Source of the DNA: a virus
Taxonomy: Duplodnaviria > Caudoviricetes
Virus record (IMG/VR): IMGVR_UViG_3300014656_000027
Span: 1,704-65,703 of that record
DNA length: 64,000 bases
Direction: 5' to 3' (one strand)
Below, piece by piece: positions 11,001 to 19,352 of the stretch (position 1 is its first letter; every line of letters starts with the position of its first letter). Below the pieces are notes generated by a model. It saw only the letters and a program-made list of their open reading frames with translations. It ran no database searches and was not told the origin of the DNA. Position numbers and translations under genes: made by a program.

Positions 11001-14000
11001 AACTAAGCTTAAATCAAGAGGTTTTCATTGGTCACCAAGAGAGAAAGCATGGCAAAGGAAGAACACTCCAGAGGGCATTCGTGTTGCTAAGCAGATAGCA
11101 GATGGTCTTTTTGGAGATGAAATTCAAAAACCAGACATTAAATTAAAAAGCACTCCACGTCCCATAGCTAAAACCCCATCCGATTTAACGAGCGGAGAGT
11201 TTGCTAAACAGCAAGCAGAATTTGATTTAGATGTACGTGAATCTATTAATGAGGCAGCTAATGAGATTGGATATACTGATAACGTTGAGGTTGTTACTCA
11301 TCAAAACGAACTACCACAGAATATTAGGAAAGCATCTGTAAATAAAAAGGGTGAAGAAGTGCGTATAAAAGGAGCATTTGATCCTGTAACAGGTAAAATA
11401 TATATCGTCAGCCAAAATTCAAATAGTGCAGAGGATGCTGTAATGACATTAATACATGAGCTTGTCGGTCATAAAGGGCTACGCTATTTATTTGGAGATA
11501 CCTTTGATGTAAAGATGAAGGAAATATACAAAAGCATTCCAGAAGCCACCATCAACAACTTAAAGAAGCAGGGATATAAAGGAGAGGTAGATATAGCGGA
11601 AGAGTTTATTTCCAGAACAGCGGAATTAGAAGAAAAACCAAAATGGTACACCCCTTTCTTAAGTTGGTTACGTGATTTATTCAGGAAACGATTTAATATA
11701 AAATATTCACATCAAGATATTCTAAATATAATTAGTCAAAGCAGAGATGCTATTAAGAGAAAAGGGAGTAAGAAGCCAACGGTAAGGTTTGAAGACAAAA
11801 CAAGCGAAGTAGATAATAATATCAGACTCAAGATTGATGAAGAGGGGATTGAAGGAGAAATACTCCCAGAAACATCTAAATACATGGATGCCAGAAAAGA
11901 ATCCCTACAAAGGAATAAAGATTATTACAAGAGATTCAGAACATTCATGCAAGACAGGGACTTAGCATTACGCGACATGTTAGAAGCAGCATGGAAAGCA
12001 GGAGGAATGAAGACAGAGGGAGGACAGCCTTATCGCGACAGAACTCTTAGCTATGGGAAAATGGAGTACCTGTTTAAAGGATTTAAAAAAGGACTAATAA
12101 AACCCCTTATAAAAACGGTATCAAAGATGCTTAAAATAAAAGGCATTGATAAGAATATGGTCATGGTATACAAGATAGCGAAACACGCTCCTGAAAGAAA
12201 TATGCATTTCCGTGTTAAAGAGATAGAGAAACTACTACCTACAGAGGATATAGAATTAACAGATGAGATTGAAGCTAAAATAGAAGAGATAAACAAACGT
12301 GATTTTTCAGGTATTAGTGCTTTAGATATAAACCAAGAATACAGCGATAACCCCGATGCTTTAGCGGAAAGACTTGTCAAAGAATTTGAGAGCAAAGTCC
12401 CCAGTGAACTTATAGATGAGTTTTGGCAAAAACAAAAGGCAGCAACTGATTTTGTTGTAGATCAATGGAGAGAGTCAGAATCTATTACAGAGGAAGAGCA
12501 TGATGAAATAAAGAAAATGTATGATCATTATGTTCCTCTACGTGGATGGTTTGAAGCATCAGAAAAGCAATTGCTTTATCACACAAAAAGTGGTAAAGGA
12601 TCATCAATACAGAAAGCTAAGGGTAGAGAGAGTTTACCGGACGATCCGTTGGTATATATCCAGCAAATGGGATTTAAAGCTATTCAGGAAAGGATAACCA
12701 ACGAAGTGAATAATTCTTTATTAGAATTTGTTATGAGCAACCCAAATGATGAATTATACGAAATTAAAGATGTTTATTATATAAAAAGACATGAAGGGAC
12801 AGGAGAAGAGGTATGGGTAACGACTATCAAACGCCCCAGTAAAGAAATGTTTAAAGAAGGAAATGCTAAACGTGTATTATATTCAGGACACCAGAGATTA
12901 AGAACATTATCACAGGCAAAACAGCACGAAGTAATAATCCATTTAGGCAAACAAGATGTAGCCATCGTAATGAAAGGAGAAATGCTTCCTGTAGCTCAAA
13001 TAATGAATAACCAGAACACTTTAGTAAGGATTAAAGGAAGGGATATTGATATAGAGCATCTTAATTCAGTCTTAGGAAATACGTTTGGAAGAATTACAAA
13101 TTTACAGAAGCGTTTAATGACAAGCTGGAATATTGTATTTCCACCAAAAAACGTTTTCCGAGATATCATTGAAGCAGGGTTAACATCATTAATCACGGGA
13201 GGGCCTAAGCAAGCAGCATATTTCGTAGCGTATGTTCCCACAGCATTCAAAACTATTGCTACTAGCATCTACCATCCTAGTAAGTTTAACCCAACAGAGA
13301 ACGCAGAACATCAGCGATACGTAAACTTCCAAATAGACGGAGGCCCAACAGGATTTACTCACGAGCAATCAATTGAAGACCTTAGCAGAGAATTAGAACG
13401 TGCAATTAAAAATGAAATGCGTGGGTTTAGGGTAAATGCGGCAAAAGTAACAGCCCAGTTAGAGTTTATGAATCAATTATTTGAGGATGTTACAAGATTT
13501 AGTATTTACGTGTCAGCAATCAAGGCAGGGTATAGCCGCAAGGATGCTGCTGCACAAGCTAAAGAGGCGAGTGTAAACTTCAACAGAAAAGGGAAAGGCA
13601 CGAAGTCTTTTGATAGTCTGATAGCTTTTTGGAATCCTTCTATACAGTCATTACAAAAGAACGCTCATTTAGGTAAAAAATATCCAAAAGCATTCACAGC
13701 TGTAGCAACAGGAATGATGTTATTTGGGTTTTTAATGGCCGAACTTAATAGGTTATTTGACGATGATGATGACGAAAATGGAGGGTACTACAATGTAAAC
13801 CCATGGATGCGCGATAATTATTTAATAATTCCTAAATCAAACGGAGAATATCTAAGCATTCCATTACCTCCATTCTGGAGAGGTTTCTATTCATGGGGAA
13901 CTATAACGTCCGATTTCATTCATGGAGAAAGAAGTGCAGAGGATGCCGCAGGAACTGCTGTCTTAAACTTTATAGCAGGATTATCTCCAATTGATATTGG

Positions 14001-14748
14001 AGGATTTTATACTGATGGAGAGTTTAGATTAGCTCCTATTATACCAACATTCGTGAAACCTTTTTACGAGGTAGCTAATAACAGAAATTACTTTGGTGGG
14101 CGTATTTATCGTGAAGTTTTCGATAAGACTATATTGAGCAGTAAATTACACGCACGTCATGTAAACCCAGCTATGAAGTTTTTCACAGACGGATTGGTAT
14201 CATTAGTGCATCCACACCCTGATAGCGGAGTGAAAATATATGACAAGGATGGCAAAATAGTAAAGATACCAGGTTGGGCAGACATTAATCCAAGCAAAGC
14301 AGAACACATCCTATCTGGTTACTTAGCAGGAACAGGGAACTTTATAGCAGAAACGGTTGGTCTCGCTTTTATCCTTGCGAGTCCGGATGAAAAAATAGTA
14401 GCAGATAATATTCCGTTCATTAATCAATTTATCAGAACCTATCCTGAAAAGAACTGGGAGAAAATAGGTGAATACTACGATGCGTTAGAGGAAGTGGCTA
14501 ATAACAGAAAACTTTATAAACAAGCTATAAACGCTAAGAATAAAGACAAAAATCTTGCCGATCCTAATATTTACATGACCGATGAAAAAATGAGAGTAGA
14601 AAGCATCTTATATGGTCGTAACGGAGCTCAAAAACGTATTGATAATTTACAGACAGACTATGAACTAGGAAAGTTAAATTACGAGGAGTTTATGGATAAA
14701 AGAGCTGATATTATGCTTGAAGCAGTTAAAGAAATTAAAAACAAATAG
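5047..14748 (+). CDS. Giant polyvalent cargo protein (3233 aa) with zincin-like metallopeptidase motif and C-terminal LPD38-like domain
   Basis: IHELVGHKGL at ~11455; LPD38-like C-terminus (YYNVNPWMRDNYLIIP..YLSIPLPPFWRGFY); AYSAISFDPEKRA...MITGPANFPVERNRK...RVQLLFDDKPSEEVRTKLKSRGFHWSPREKAWQR segment typical of polyvalent/DUF3560-like proteins. Confidence 0.75.
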   Translation: MADQEKSIRDVFKKEKDNFLADDRFKSLSDENKKVALSRFFDSYGYDYLKNSRITDKDLQDALKEEWVEDTYKIALTPSEKKKAEISGETASDTGESSGDIPLKEQEDFSTISLLEEQAKTLDSLANQRDGWLKGFKDRLSEGVPEEGKLAKTDEEYEQKFNDWASKLKKTQLDLTENIERFNKKSEGDPQPLTKKEQAFKASPFQGVSFNFIEKMRPEEGKKFWDTYVGDMIERIGAGGATAVEGLSSLQNMPYKVAINKATQGLDPKLRKDIADIYLSSIPATASNQATQEYFKEKAKGLRGKSDRYEGKDFTQLWKEDKGAALGELFLTASESIPISAAAMFGGAPGLVVLGLIAGAGKYDELSYPEPPTAGNYNEINFPDISVPDDEIKDYINKTNMGEVAKLTNAVATGAFEYLSERLGSKAFGDYIVESISKIGGEATKDVIKTGISKWTAKMFEKFGLAFGPVIEGGEEGVNKLAENTVDYFTGVTDKWEITKDVKKSFWYGFAGGTQFSMAAAGPIMYGKIKQIDELNTAKSDIKTAIDGYIKARQHKDGRVYEVIHPETKEYNYILEGDPTNPKGDFVLVDNTGKISNVNEIDTKTVLSRDNIDKFSEYLYEKSIKELKDKTTPTNIKEGEQFNAKEFGYTVNKILGEFAEVEVLNTTTNQTQIDLIPLEELKILKTQGETDLNKRIEGIKLTPKPVKNEAPTEDIKPDAPIAEKPAEATKPVEATTKEDIKATEELLGDFTQIETVKETKEGLVLTRVTRPDGSEELITISKKQASLAQEIIDERAAVKPEAPVVEKPQEEVKSVKKEEKPPEPKTKVKEAMVKPLTVLRQELDDMKAQKARGSKDEGLDAKIAEWEEEIKLQEELSIPEEKGRTEEVVETEKPPEKETDASRIQQIKNSIREGEMILKSGKKVSGEKMTPEELDHVRRSVESAKAKLEPQDKLETLKKEYESKPVEELVALKKKLYPSPDIESAMTPEEKLLTQVIADKFSKVNAEVVEKRKKKENANLEEDKNKAETPKKAFPKTVRELSNLEAEEQSGLLSGAVFSTMEQGDTIKLGRDKTITVTKKTKPSKQTYAKLINGKKYEGSYDRITLALTDSKGKKYSADLWFNWVQNGQKMVSRWVRKGETRKSDPWGNLSRDIEADITVDLLNENNQFHDVSDSFKRVQKYLDTSDANLEGSNLDTSKIKTKQEDTIKPPVKEAPKKEAPKPKTRVTKNNIAQDIERENKAIRDEVIGTIEKFNDIVFSKEQKEKIAELENNTSFNIYAMELDTSLEDETMLAKIKAAGIDFNEGMITIKFKDKGEYKFPANSIPEMLKSITKGYPIKGESAMLYPRASTNAPMPKKAYISEKVDGKYRTKEEMIAEVKQRYQDMLDNIEMAKKMKAPAATIKIFEKELEHLRELAQYVENTDFELKDLTERAATYFAERFPTTSLSGSEIGNAYRLLEKYGQLSIDLKDGIEFVVDVLSEYEKVTTNVEETIKAKRAELKQVQSELDDKFMRKDGNGYKQPKNNNEEGELQRGKNRISSLEKSITALGETKIIKKAQEHERIKTIGDSEAFESEAQSLSDQAENSNEVGELEELSEKVDTLIEGVDSTVSDIQTGKEPWEMTKEAFGLIPRFHQHLFAGKMGIEKDVRIRDKSTQSLIDKTSKQTKGETGEQSPNEFYADGRDLHKEIVMKALSEGKEVPADVLADYPEFAEKPVTWKPEDLDYEIAYRAYSAISFDPEKRAEQTQKDYVASMDAMYKKLSAIAKSPEQIAETWKQMQIYKDGYLKHEKAYLAAKGRTMSSMITGPANFPVERNRKALAAEQKRGEEFIEWDKKNEKRAIAAVRGEAPQEQKDAEHKNTILRTIDDKLATIISIDTGKNLYTSRQLIVSNLSGFIKRIAKNGQVDDVKLIMDHIKTVQKDLKKPIFSANNPIWNLESTMQPKEDLTNKESQTIGKYKGVEIVNNHAIERVQLLFDDKPSEEVRTKLKSRGFHWSPREKAWQRKNTPEGIRVAKQIADGLFGDEIQKPDIKLKSTPRPIAKTPSDLTSGEFAKQQAEFDLDVRESINEAANEIGYTDNVEVVTHQNELPQNIRKASVNKKGEEVRIKGAFDPVTGKIYIVSQNSNSAEDAVMTLIHELVGHKGLRYLFGDTFDVKMKEIYKSIPEATINNLKKQGYKGEVDIAEEFISRTAELEEKPKWYTPFLSWLRDLFRKRFNIKYSHQDILNIISQSRDAIKRKGSKKPTVRFEDKTSEVDNNIRLKIDEEGIEGEILPETSKYMDARKESLQRNKDYYKRFRTFMQDRDLALRDMLEAAWKAGGMKTEGGQPYRDRTLSYGKMEYLFKGFKKGLIKPLIKTVSKMLKIKGIDKNMVMVYKIAKHAPERNMHFRVKEIEKLLPTEDIELTDEIEAKIEEINKRDFSGISALDINQEYSDNPDALAERLVKEFESKVPSELIDEFWQKQKAATDFVVDQWRESESITEEEHDEIKKMYDHYVPLRGWFEASEKQLLYHTKSGKGSSIQKAKGRESLPDDPLVYIQQMGFKAIQERITNEVNNSLLEFVMSNPNDELYEIKDVYYIKRHEGTGEEVWVTTIKRPSKEMFKEGNAKRVLYSGHQRLRTLSQAKQHEVIIHLGKQDVAIVMKGEMLPVAQIMNNQNTLVRIKGRDIDIEHLNSVLGNTFGRITNLQKRLMTSWNIVFPPKNVFRDIIEAGLTSLITGGPKQAAYFVAYVPTAFKTIATSIYHPSKFNPTENAEHQRYVNFQIDGGPTGFTHEQSIEDLSRELERAIKNEMRGFRVNAAKVTAQLEFMNQLFEDVTRFSIYVSAIKAGYSRKDAAAQAKEASVNFNRKGKGTKSFDSLIAFWNPSIQSLQKNAHLGKKYPKAFTAVATGMMLFGFLMAELNRLFDDDDDENGGYYNVNPWMRDNYLIIPKSNGEYLSIPLPPFWRGFYSWGTITSDFIHGERSAEDAAGTAVLNFIAGLSPIDIGGFYTDGEFRLAPIIPTFVKPFYEVANNRNYFGGRIYREVFDKTILSSKLHARHVNPAMKFFTDGLVSLVHPHPDSGVKIYDKDGKIVKIPGWADINPSKAEHILSGYLAGTGNFIAETVGLAFILASPDEKIVADNIPFINQFIRTYPEKNWEKIGEYYDALEEVANNRKLYKQAINAKNKDKNLADPNIYMTDEKMRVESILYGRNGAQKRIDNLQTDYELGKLNYEEFMDKRADIMLEAVKEIKNK

Positions 14749-14750
14749 TT

Positions 14751-15218
14751 ATGCCAAAATACGGAGTAAAATCAGAAGCTAATTTGAGCACGGCGACAGT
14801 CGATCTTCAAATTATATTTAATGAGGTGATAAAAAAGTTTGATCACAGCATATTATATGGACACAGAAGCCCAGAGTTACAGTTTGAATTATTCAAACAA
14901 GGCCGCAAGCAAAACTCATTAGGTAAATGGATAGTGTTTGATAAAAAGCTTGTTGTAACAAATTGTGACGGCACAGTGAATCAAAGCAGACACAACAAAT
15001 ACCCATCAGAGGCTGTAGATGCTGTGCCATATCCTATTAACTGGCAGGATAAAGAACTACTTTATTATTGGGGAGGATATGTAAAGGGCATAGCGGAGAG
15101 ATTAAAAGCCGAAGGAAGAATATCACACGAGATAACGTGGGGAGGGAACTGGGATGATGATCAAGATATGCACGATCAGAATCTTATGGACTTAGTTCAC
15201 TTTCAAATCAAATTATAA
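14751..15218 (+). CDS. Endolysin, M15-family peptidase
   Basis: SRHNKYPSEAVDAVP, WGGNW and DLVHFQ zinc-peptidase motifs; followed by holin and spanin-like genes. Confidence 0.85.
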   Translation: MPKYGVKSEANLSTATVDLQIIFNEVIKKFDHSILYGHRSPELQFELFKQGRKQNSLGKWIVFDKKLVVTNCDGTVNQSRHNKYPSEAVDAVPYPINWQDKELLYYWGGYVKGIAERLKAEGRISHEITWGGNWDDDQDMHDQNLMDLVHFQIKL

Positions 15219-15240
15219 ATATTCACTAAAAACAAAAGTT

Positions 15241-15543
15241 ATGGAATGGATGGATCAAATTTGGAATCAGGTGCAGGTATACATTAATATACCTTATTTA
15301 TTAATCTTTATTTTGTTGTCGTATCTCATTAAGAAGTATTTTACAGAGATGTTACAGCTCACAACCAATTTTAATTGGATGACAGTGTACACGGTGTTAG
15401 CATTAGCTACATTATTAGCTATACCGTTTTTATTATTTACAGATGCTACGTGGGTGGAGATAGTGTTTAGTTATGCATTAGGCACATCACTACATGAATT
15501 AGCGTTTAAATGGATAGAGAAATTATGGAAACCAAAGGTATGA
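15241..15543 (+). CDS. Putative holin
   Basis: 100 aa, about three hydrophobic segments, basic C-terminus, directly after the endolysin. Confidence 0.65.
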   Translation: MEWMDQIWNQVQVYINIPYLLIFILLSYLIKKYFTEMLQLTTNFNWMTVYTVLALATLLAIPFLLFTDATWVEIVFSYALGTSLHELAFKWIEKLWKPKV

Positions 15544-16238
15544 AAGTTAAAAACGTAGCCTTTATTTTGCTTATTTTATTCCTCGCCTTAACAATATACC
15601 AGAACGGATGTAAAAGGGCGGAGATGGAAGCTATGGTGGGTCAAATGGCAGAATTATACATGAGTAACGATTCGCTAAAGAGAAATATCAGAGACAAGGA
15701 TATAAATATAGCTCTTAAGGACGCTCGGATTGATGAGTTAAAAGACAGTATATCATTATCAATACGAAAAATAAAGATTATTGAGAAGAAATACAACAAA
15801 CTAAGGGGGCAGTACAACGATTTAAGTGACAGTGTAGCATCTATACCCACAGACAGTAGTTATCGCTTCCTGACGGATGTAGCGTACCCATATCAAGGAA
15901 TAATGAGGTATCCTTTCAATGAGCCACAGGTAAAAGGTATCCATTTGACTTTTCTCGAAAAAAAATCACTAGGAGATTTAAACTATAATCTAATAGCACA
16001 GGTAAAAGAGAAAGATTATCAGTTAGAGATAAAGGATACGATAATATCAGAGCAAGAGAGAAAGGTTATAATAATGGAGATGATGAGGGTAGAATTTGAA
16101 ACCATCATCAACAACAACAATAAAATTATAGATATAAATAATAAAGAAATAAAAAAAGCGCACAGGCAAAAAACTATGTGGCAAATAATCACAGGAGCAG
16201 TAGTGATAGGCTTTAGCGCATTACACGTGGGGGGTTAG
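15540..16238 (+). CDS. Putative spanin-like membrane coiled-coil protein
   Basis: ATG at 15540 overlaps the holin stop. N-terminal hydrophobic helix ending QNGC, long coiled coil, C-terminal hydrophobic helix. Confidence 0.55.
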   Translation: MKVKNVAFILLILFLALTIYQNGCKRAEMEAMVGQMAELYMSNDSLKRNIRDKDINIALKDARIDELKDSISLSIRKIKIIEKKYNKLRGQYNDLSDSVASIPTDSSYRFLTDVAYPYQGIMRYPFNEPQVKGIHLTFLEKKSLGDLNYNLIAQVKEKDYQLEIKDTIISEQERKVIIMEMMRVEFETIINNNNKIIDINNKEIKKAHRQKTMWQIITGAVVIGFSALHVGG

Positions 16239-16262
16239 TGAAAGGACTCCAGTACACGTTTG

Positions 16263-16295
16263 AAGAGAATCTTTAATAGGATTCTCTTTTTTTTT
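16263..16295 (+). terminator. Intrinsic terminator after the lysis module
   Basis: aagagaatc/gattctctt stem followed by a long T run. Confidence 0.8.
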
Positions 16296-16328
16296 GTTAA
16301 AATACTTGCTTTTTGTGAAAAATAACAA

Positions 16329-16336
16329 TAGTTTTG
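16329..16336 (+). promoter_or_regulatory. Bacteroidota-type -7 promoter box (TAnnTTTG) before the replication module
   Basis: tagttttg, with TTG about 20 nt upstream. Confidence 0.55.
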
Positions 16337-16371
16337 CACAAAGAAAAAAAACAAAGTAAAATATTGTAGAG

Positions 16372-16986
16372 ATGGAAGGTAAATATAAACAGTTAACGAA
16401 ATTTGAGCGTTGGGTATTCAATCAAGCATACAGCTTCGCTAAAAGAAGAAAGATTGGTATTAATATGGCAGTTGGCGACTATCGTTTTAGTTATTATGAT
16501 GGAAATGTTACTGGGGGGACTTCACCTCAAAAACAATTGGAAATAAAAGAAGGAGGAAGGTGTGATGATCCAGGAAATAAAATTCACACTCACAAAGAAT
16601 TGAATAAGCCTATTTCAATAACAGCCACTAGCCGAGATATAGAAGGTATTGGAGTCCCTAATATTAAAGTCGATGATAAAAAAGAATGTAACCATGAATC
16701 TTTATCCTTAAAAGGACATAAAAGACCTAAAGGGCTCCCTAAAAATAGTTTATATGTTACTGATCCTTATCTTGAATGTAATGATTGTAAAATACATCTA
16801 GGACATATTCCAAAAGATTTAGCTCAGATAAAAAACATTCCCCATCACTTACCAGAAGAATGCAAGCATCCTCGTAGCTTTCAACGTCATAATTTTGTAT
16901 ATACTATATGCTTATGTTGTGGTTACACAAGAGTTGAAGCCCTAAAAACTAAATTAGAAGTAATATCAAGTAAAAATAAAAAATAA
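16372..16986 (+). CDS. Hypothetical protein with Cys/His clusters
   Basis: 204 aa ORF; CNDC, CKH and CLCCG motifs. Confidence 0.5.
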   Translation: MEGKYKQLTKFERWVFNQAYSFAKRRKIGINMAVGDYRFSYYDGNVTGGTSPQKQLEIKEGGRCDDPGNKIHTHKELNKPISITATSRDIEGIGVPNIKVDDKKECNHESLSLKGHKRPKGLPKNSLYVTDPYLECNDCKIHLGHIPKDLAQIKNIPHHLPEECKHPRSFQRHNFVYTICLCCGYTRVEALKTKLEVISSKNKK

Positions 16987-16993
16987 AACAATT

Positions 16994-17323
16994 ATGGAAA
17001 CAAAGTTAGGATTAGTAAAAGAGCAAGTCCGTCTAGTTAAAATAGATGAACAGCTTGTCGACCGCATCTTGAAAGCAAGAGGGTTAGGGGAAGATAAGAG
17101 AGAGCGGATTCGTGAAATGCTAAGATATAACACATGGACTACAAAACAGTACTCTGGGCTAACAGGATTAGCTGAGAGCACCATAGCAAACAAATGCCGT
17201 CCATTATGGAACGGAACGGAGTTTGACACAGCATTAGACTTCGGGTACACACATCCAGACGTTGATGGAGATGGGCCGAAGTTTATTATTCGGAATGAAA
17301 AGAGTGAAGCCTTATTACCTTAA
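16994..17323 (+). CDS. Hypothetical protein, possible HTH DNA-binding
   Basis: WTTKQYSGLTGLAESTIANKC resembles an HTH; upstream of primase. Confidence 0.4.
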   Translation: METKLGLVKEQVRLVKIDEQLVDRILKARGLGEDKRERIREMLRYNTWTTKQYSGLTGLAESTIANKCRPLWNGTEFDTALDFGYTHPDVDGDGPKFIIRNEKSEALLP

Positions 17324-17341
17324 TAATTAAAAAGCTACTGA

Positions 17342-18700
17342 ATGGAATTTGCCGATTTAGGGATTAAAGAACAAAAAGGGAGACAGCGTTACGCAACAAT
17401 ATGTCCTGAATGTGATTCTACAAGAACAAAGCATCAAGGGGCAAAATGCTTAACCGTCAATGATGAAGTTGGTAATCGTTGGTACCGCTGCTCGCACTGT
17501 AGCTGGTCGGGTAATATCGACTTTCAAGGACGTTATGATGCTGTGAAAGAAAAGAGTAAGATACCTACAACACAGAAGGCATTTAGCTTAAAAGTAAGGG
17601 AGTATTTCCAGAAGCGTGGAATAACTCAAAACACGGCAAAGAAAGCTAGGTTATATGAGATGCAGCAAGGGCAAAGAACGATAATATGCTTCCCATATTT
17701 TATGAGCCTCACCTTAGTAAACGTTAAGTACCTCAATATGGACTGGACTAAAGGAGATAAAGGGCCAAAATGGTTTCAGCTACCAAAAGATTTAGGTACA
17801 AGAATAATCCCGTTCGGATTACAGCACATCAAAACACATGATGAAGAAGGGACTAAATTCCCAAAAAATACGTTAATTATAACAGAGGGGGAGTGGGATA
17901 TGCTTACTTATATGGAGTGTGGGTATGTTAATGTAATTTCTGTACCACAGGGAGCTCCATCATTAAACAGTAAGAACTTTGATAAGGAGTTTGCTTACTT
18001 ACAAGATAAATACGTGGTAAGCGTTCTTGCAGATATTGATTTGATTTATTTAAGTGTGGATAACGATGAACCTGGAATTAACTTAAGGGGGCATCTTGCT
18101 ATGATACTCGGCAAAGAAAAATGCAAGGTTATTCGCTACCCCCCTGGTTATAAGGATATCAATGAGGTGTTTGCTGGTGATGAGAAGAAAGGATTAGAAG
18201 CGTTAGGGAAAACAGGAGTGGATGAATGCCTCTCTAACTCATCATCAGTACCTATAAAAGGAGTTGTTAAGGCATCACACGTAAGAGAAGATCTTGATAT
18301 GTTACGTAATCAAGGATTCACAAAAGGATTAGGATGTGGTGTTCCGGAAGTTGATTATCTGTTTACAGTAAAACCGAAGCTAATTACTTTTATTACAGGT
18401 GTACCAGGGTGTTTCACAGGAGAACAATTAATTCATACAAATAAAGGGGTGTTACAAATCAAGGATATAAGGCGGGGAGATTATGTTTTAACTTACGATC
18501 ATTTACATAAGATTAATGAGTATAGAAAAGTAAAAGAACGTCACCATTACAAGAAACATCAAGGGAAACTCTACAGAATTACTTTAAAAGACGGGACTAT
18601 AATCAAAGTAACTGAAAATCATAAATTTTTTACAGGCGTGGAATATGTGCAAGTCCGTGAAATTATTAGTATGTTTGCAAATAAATCTAAAAATAAATAG
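17342..18700 (+). CDS. T7 gp4/Twinkle-like primase-helicase, N-terminal fragment fused to split-intein N half
   Basis: Zn finger CPEC...CSHC, TOPRIM IITEGEWD and DNDEPG, helicase start ITFITGVPG followed by intein block A CFTGEQLIHT. Confidence 0.9.
   Translation: MEFADLGIKEQKGRQRYATICPECDSTRTKHQGAKCLTVNDEVGNRWYRCSHCSWSGNIDFQGRYDAVKEKSKIPTTQKAFSLKVREYFQKRGITQNTAKKARLYEMQQGQRTIICFPYFMSLTLVNVKYLNMDWTKGDKGPKWFQLPKDLGTRIIPFGLQHIKTHDEEGTKFPKNTLIITEGEWDMLTYMECGYVNVISVPQGAPSLNSKNFDKEFAYLQDKYVVSVLADIDLIYLSVDNDEPGINLRGHLAMILGKEKCKVIRYPPGYKDINEVFAGDEKKGLEALGKTGVDECLSNSSSVPIKGVVKASHVREDLDMLRNQGFTKGLGCGVPEVDYLFTVKPKLITFITGVPGCFTGEQLIHTNKGVLQIKDIRRGDYVLTYDHLHKINEYRKVKERHHYKKHQGKLYRITLKDGTIIKVTENHKFFTGVEYVQVREIISMFANKSKNK
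18410..18697 (+). mobile_element. Split intein N-fragment (96 aa)
   Basis: Cys1 at 18410 (CFTGEQLIHTNKG), block B KVTENHKFF, then a stop at 18698. Confidence 0.9.
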
Positions 18701-18702
18701 TT

Positions 18703-19233
18703 ATGGAAAGATGGCAAACGATACCTGATTTTAGTCTTTATGAGGCTTCTACTATGGGAAGAATTAAAACTTTTAATTGGAAGAACCAAGGTTTAGAGAG
18801 AATAATGAAACCAGCCTTGGATGGTACTGGGTATTTAAGGACGATGCTTAAGGGTGATGATGGAAAAACGTCTACAATAAAAGTTCATAGGATAATACTC
18901 CGAACTTTTCGCGGAGAGCCGACTAATGATAAAAACGAATGTAATCATATAAACGGAATACGTTCAGATAACAGGGTTATGAATTTAGAATGGGTAAGCC
19001 ATTCTGAAAATATATCTCATTCATTTAAAATAGGGTTAAGTTCAAATAAGGGACAAAATAATCCAGCATCTACATTGACAGATAAGCAGGTTTTAGAAAT
19101 CAGAAAAAACTATACCTATGGTAAAAAAGCAAGAAGCGGAGTAACCAAAAAAGAACTCGCTGAACAATATGGAACAACATTTCACGTAATTAAAGCTATC
19201 ACACAAGGAAGAACATGGAAGCATCTATTATAG
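18703..19233 (+). CDS. Free-standing NUMOD4-HNH homing endonuclease between the intein halves
   Basis: WQTIPDFSLYEASTMGRIK (NUMOD4); HRII...CNHINGIRSDNRVMNLEWVSHSEN (HNH). Confidence 0.9.
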   Translation: MERWQTIPDFSLYEASTMGRIKTFNWKNQGLERIMKPALDGTGYLRTMLKGDDGKTSTIKVHRIILRTFRGEPTNDKNECNHINGIRSDNRVMNLEWVSHSENISHSFKIGLSSNKGQNNPASTLTDKQVLEIRKNYTYGKKARSGVTKKELAEQYGTTFHVIKAITQGRTWKHLL

Positions 19234-19352
19234 AATTAGAAGATATTTTTAGTATAGAAGAAATTCCAATGGAAGATGTTTACGATCTCACCGTTGAGGA
19301 TAATTCAAATTATTATTTGGCCACAGCTAAATATCCTATCCTAGTCCACAAC
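19215..19352 (+). mobile_element. Split intein C-fragment (46 aa)
   Basis: Block F VYDLTVEDNSNY, block G LVHN, Ser+1 at 19353. Confidence 0.9.

Noticed and set aside
5047-14748. crAss-type virion RNA polymerase
   Set aside because: No DxDGD-type catalytic motif seen; host-type promoters are abundant.
18700-19215. Group I intron interrupting the helicase
   Set aside because: The flanks are intein blocks A/B and F/G, and the HNH ORF fills the gap, leaving no room for an intron core.
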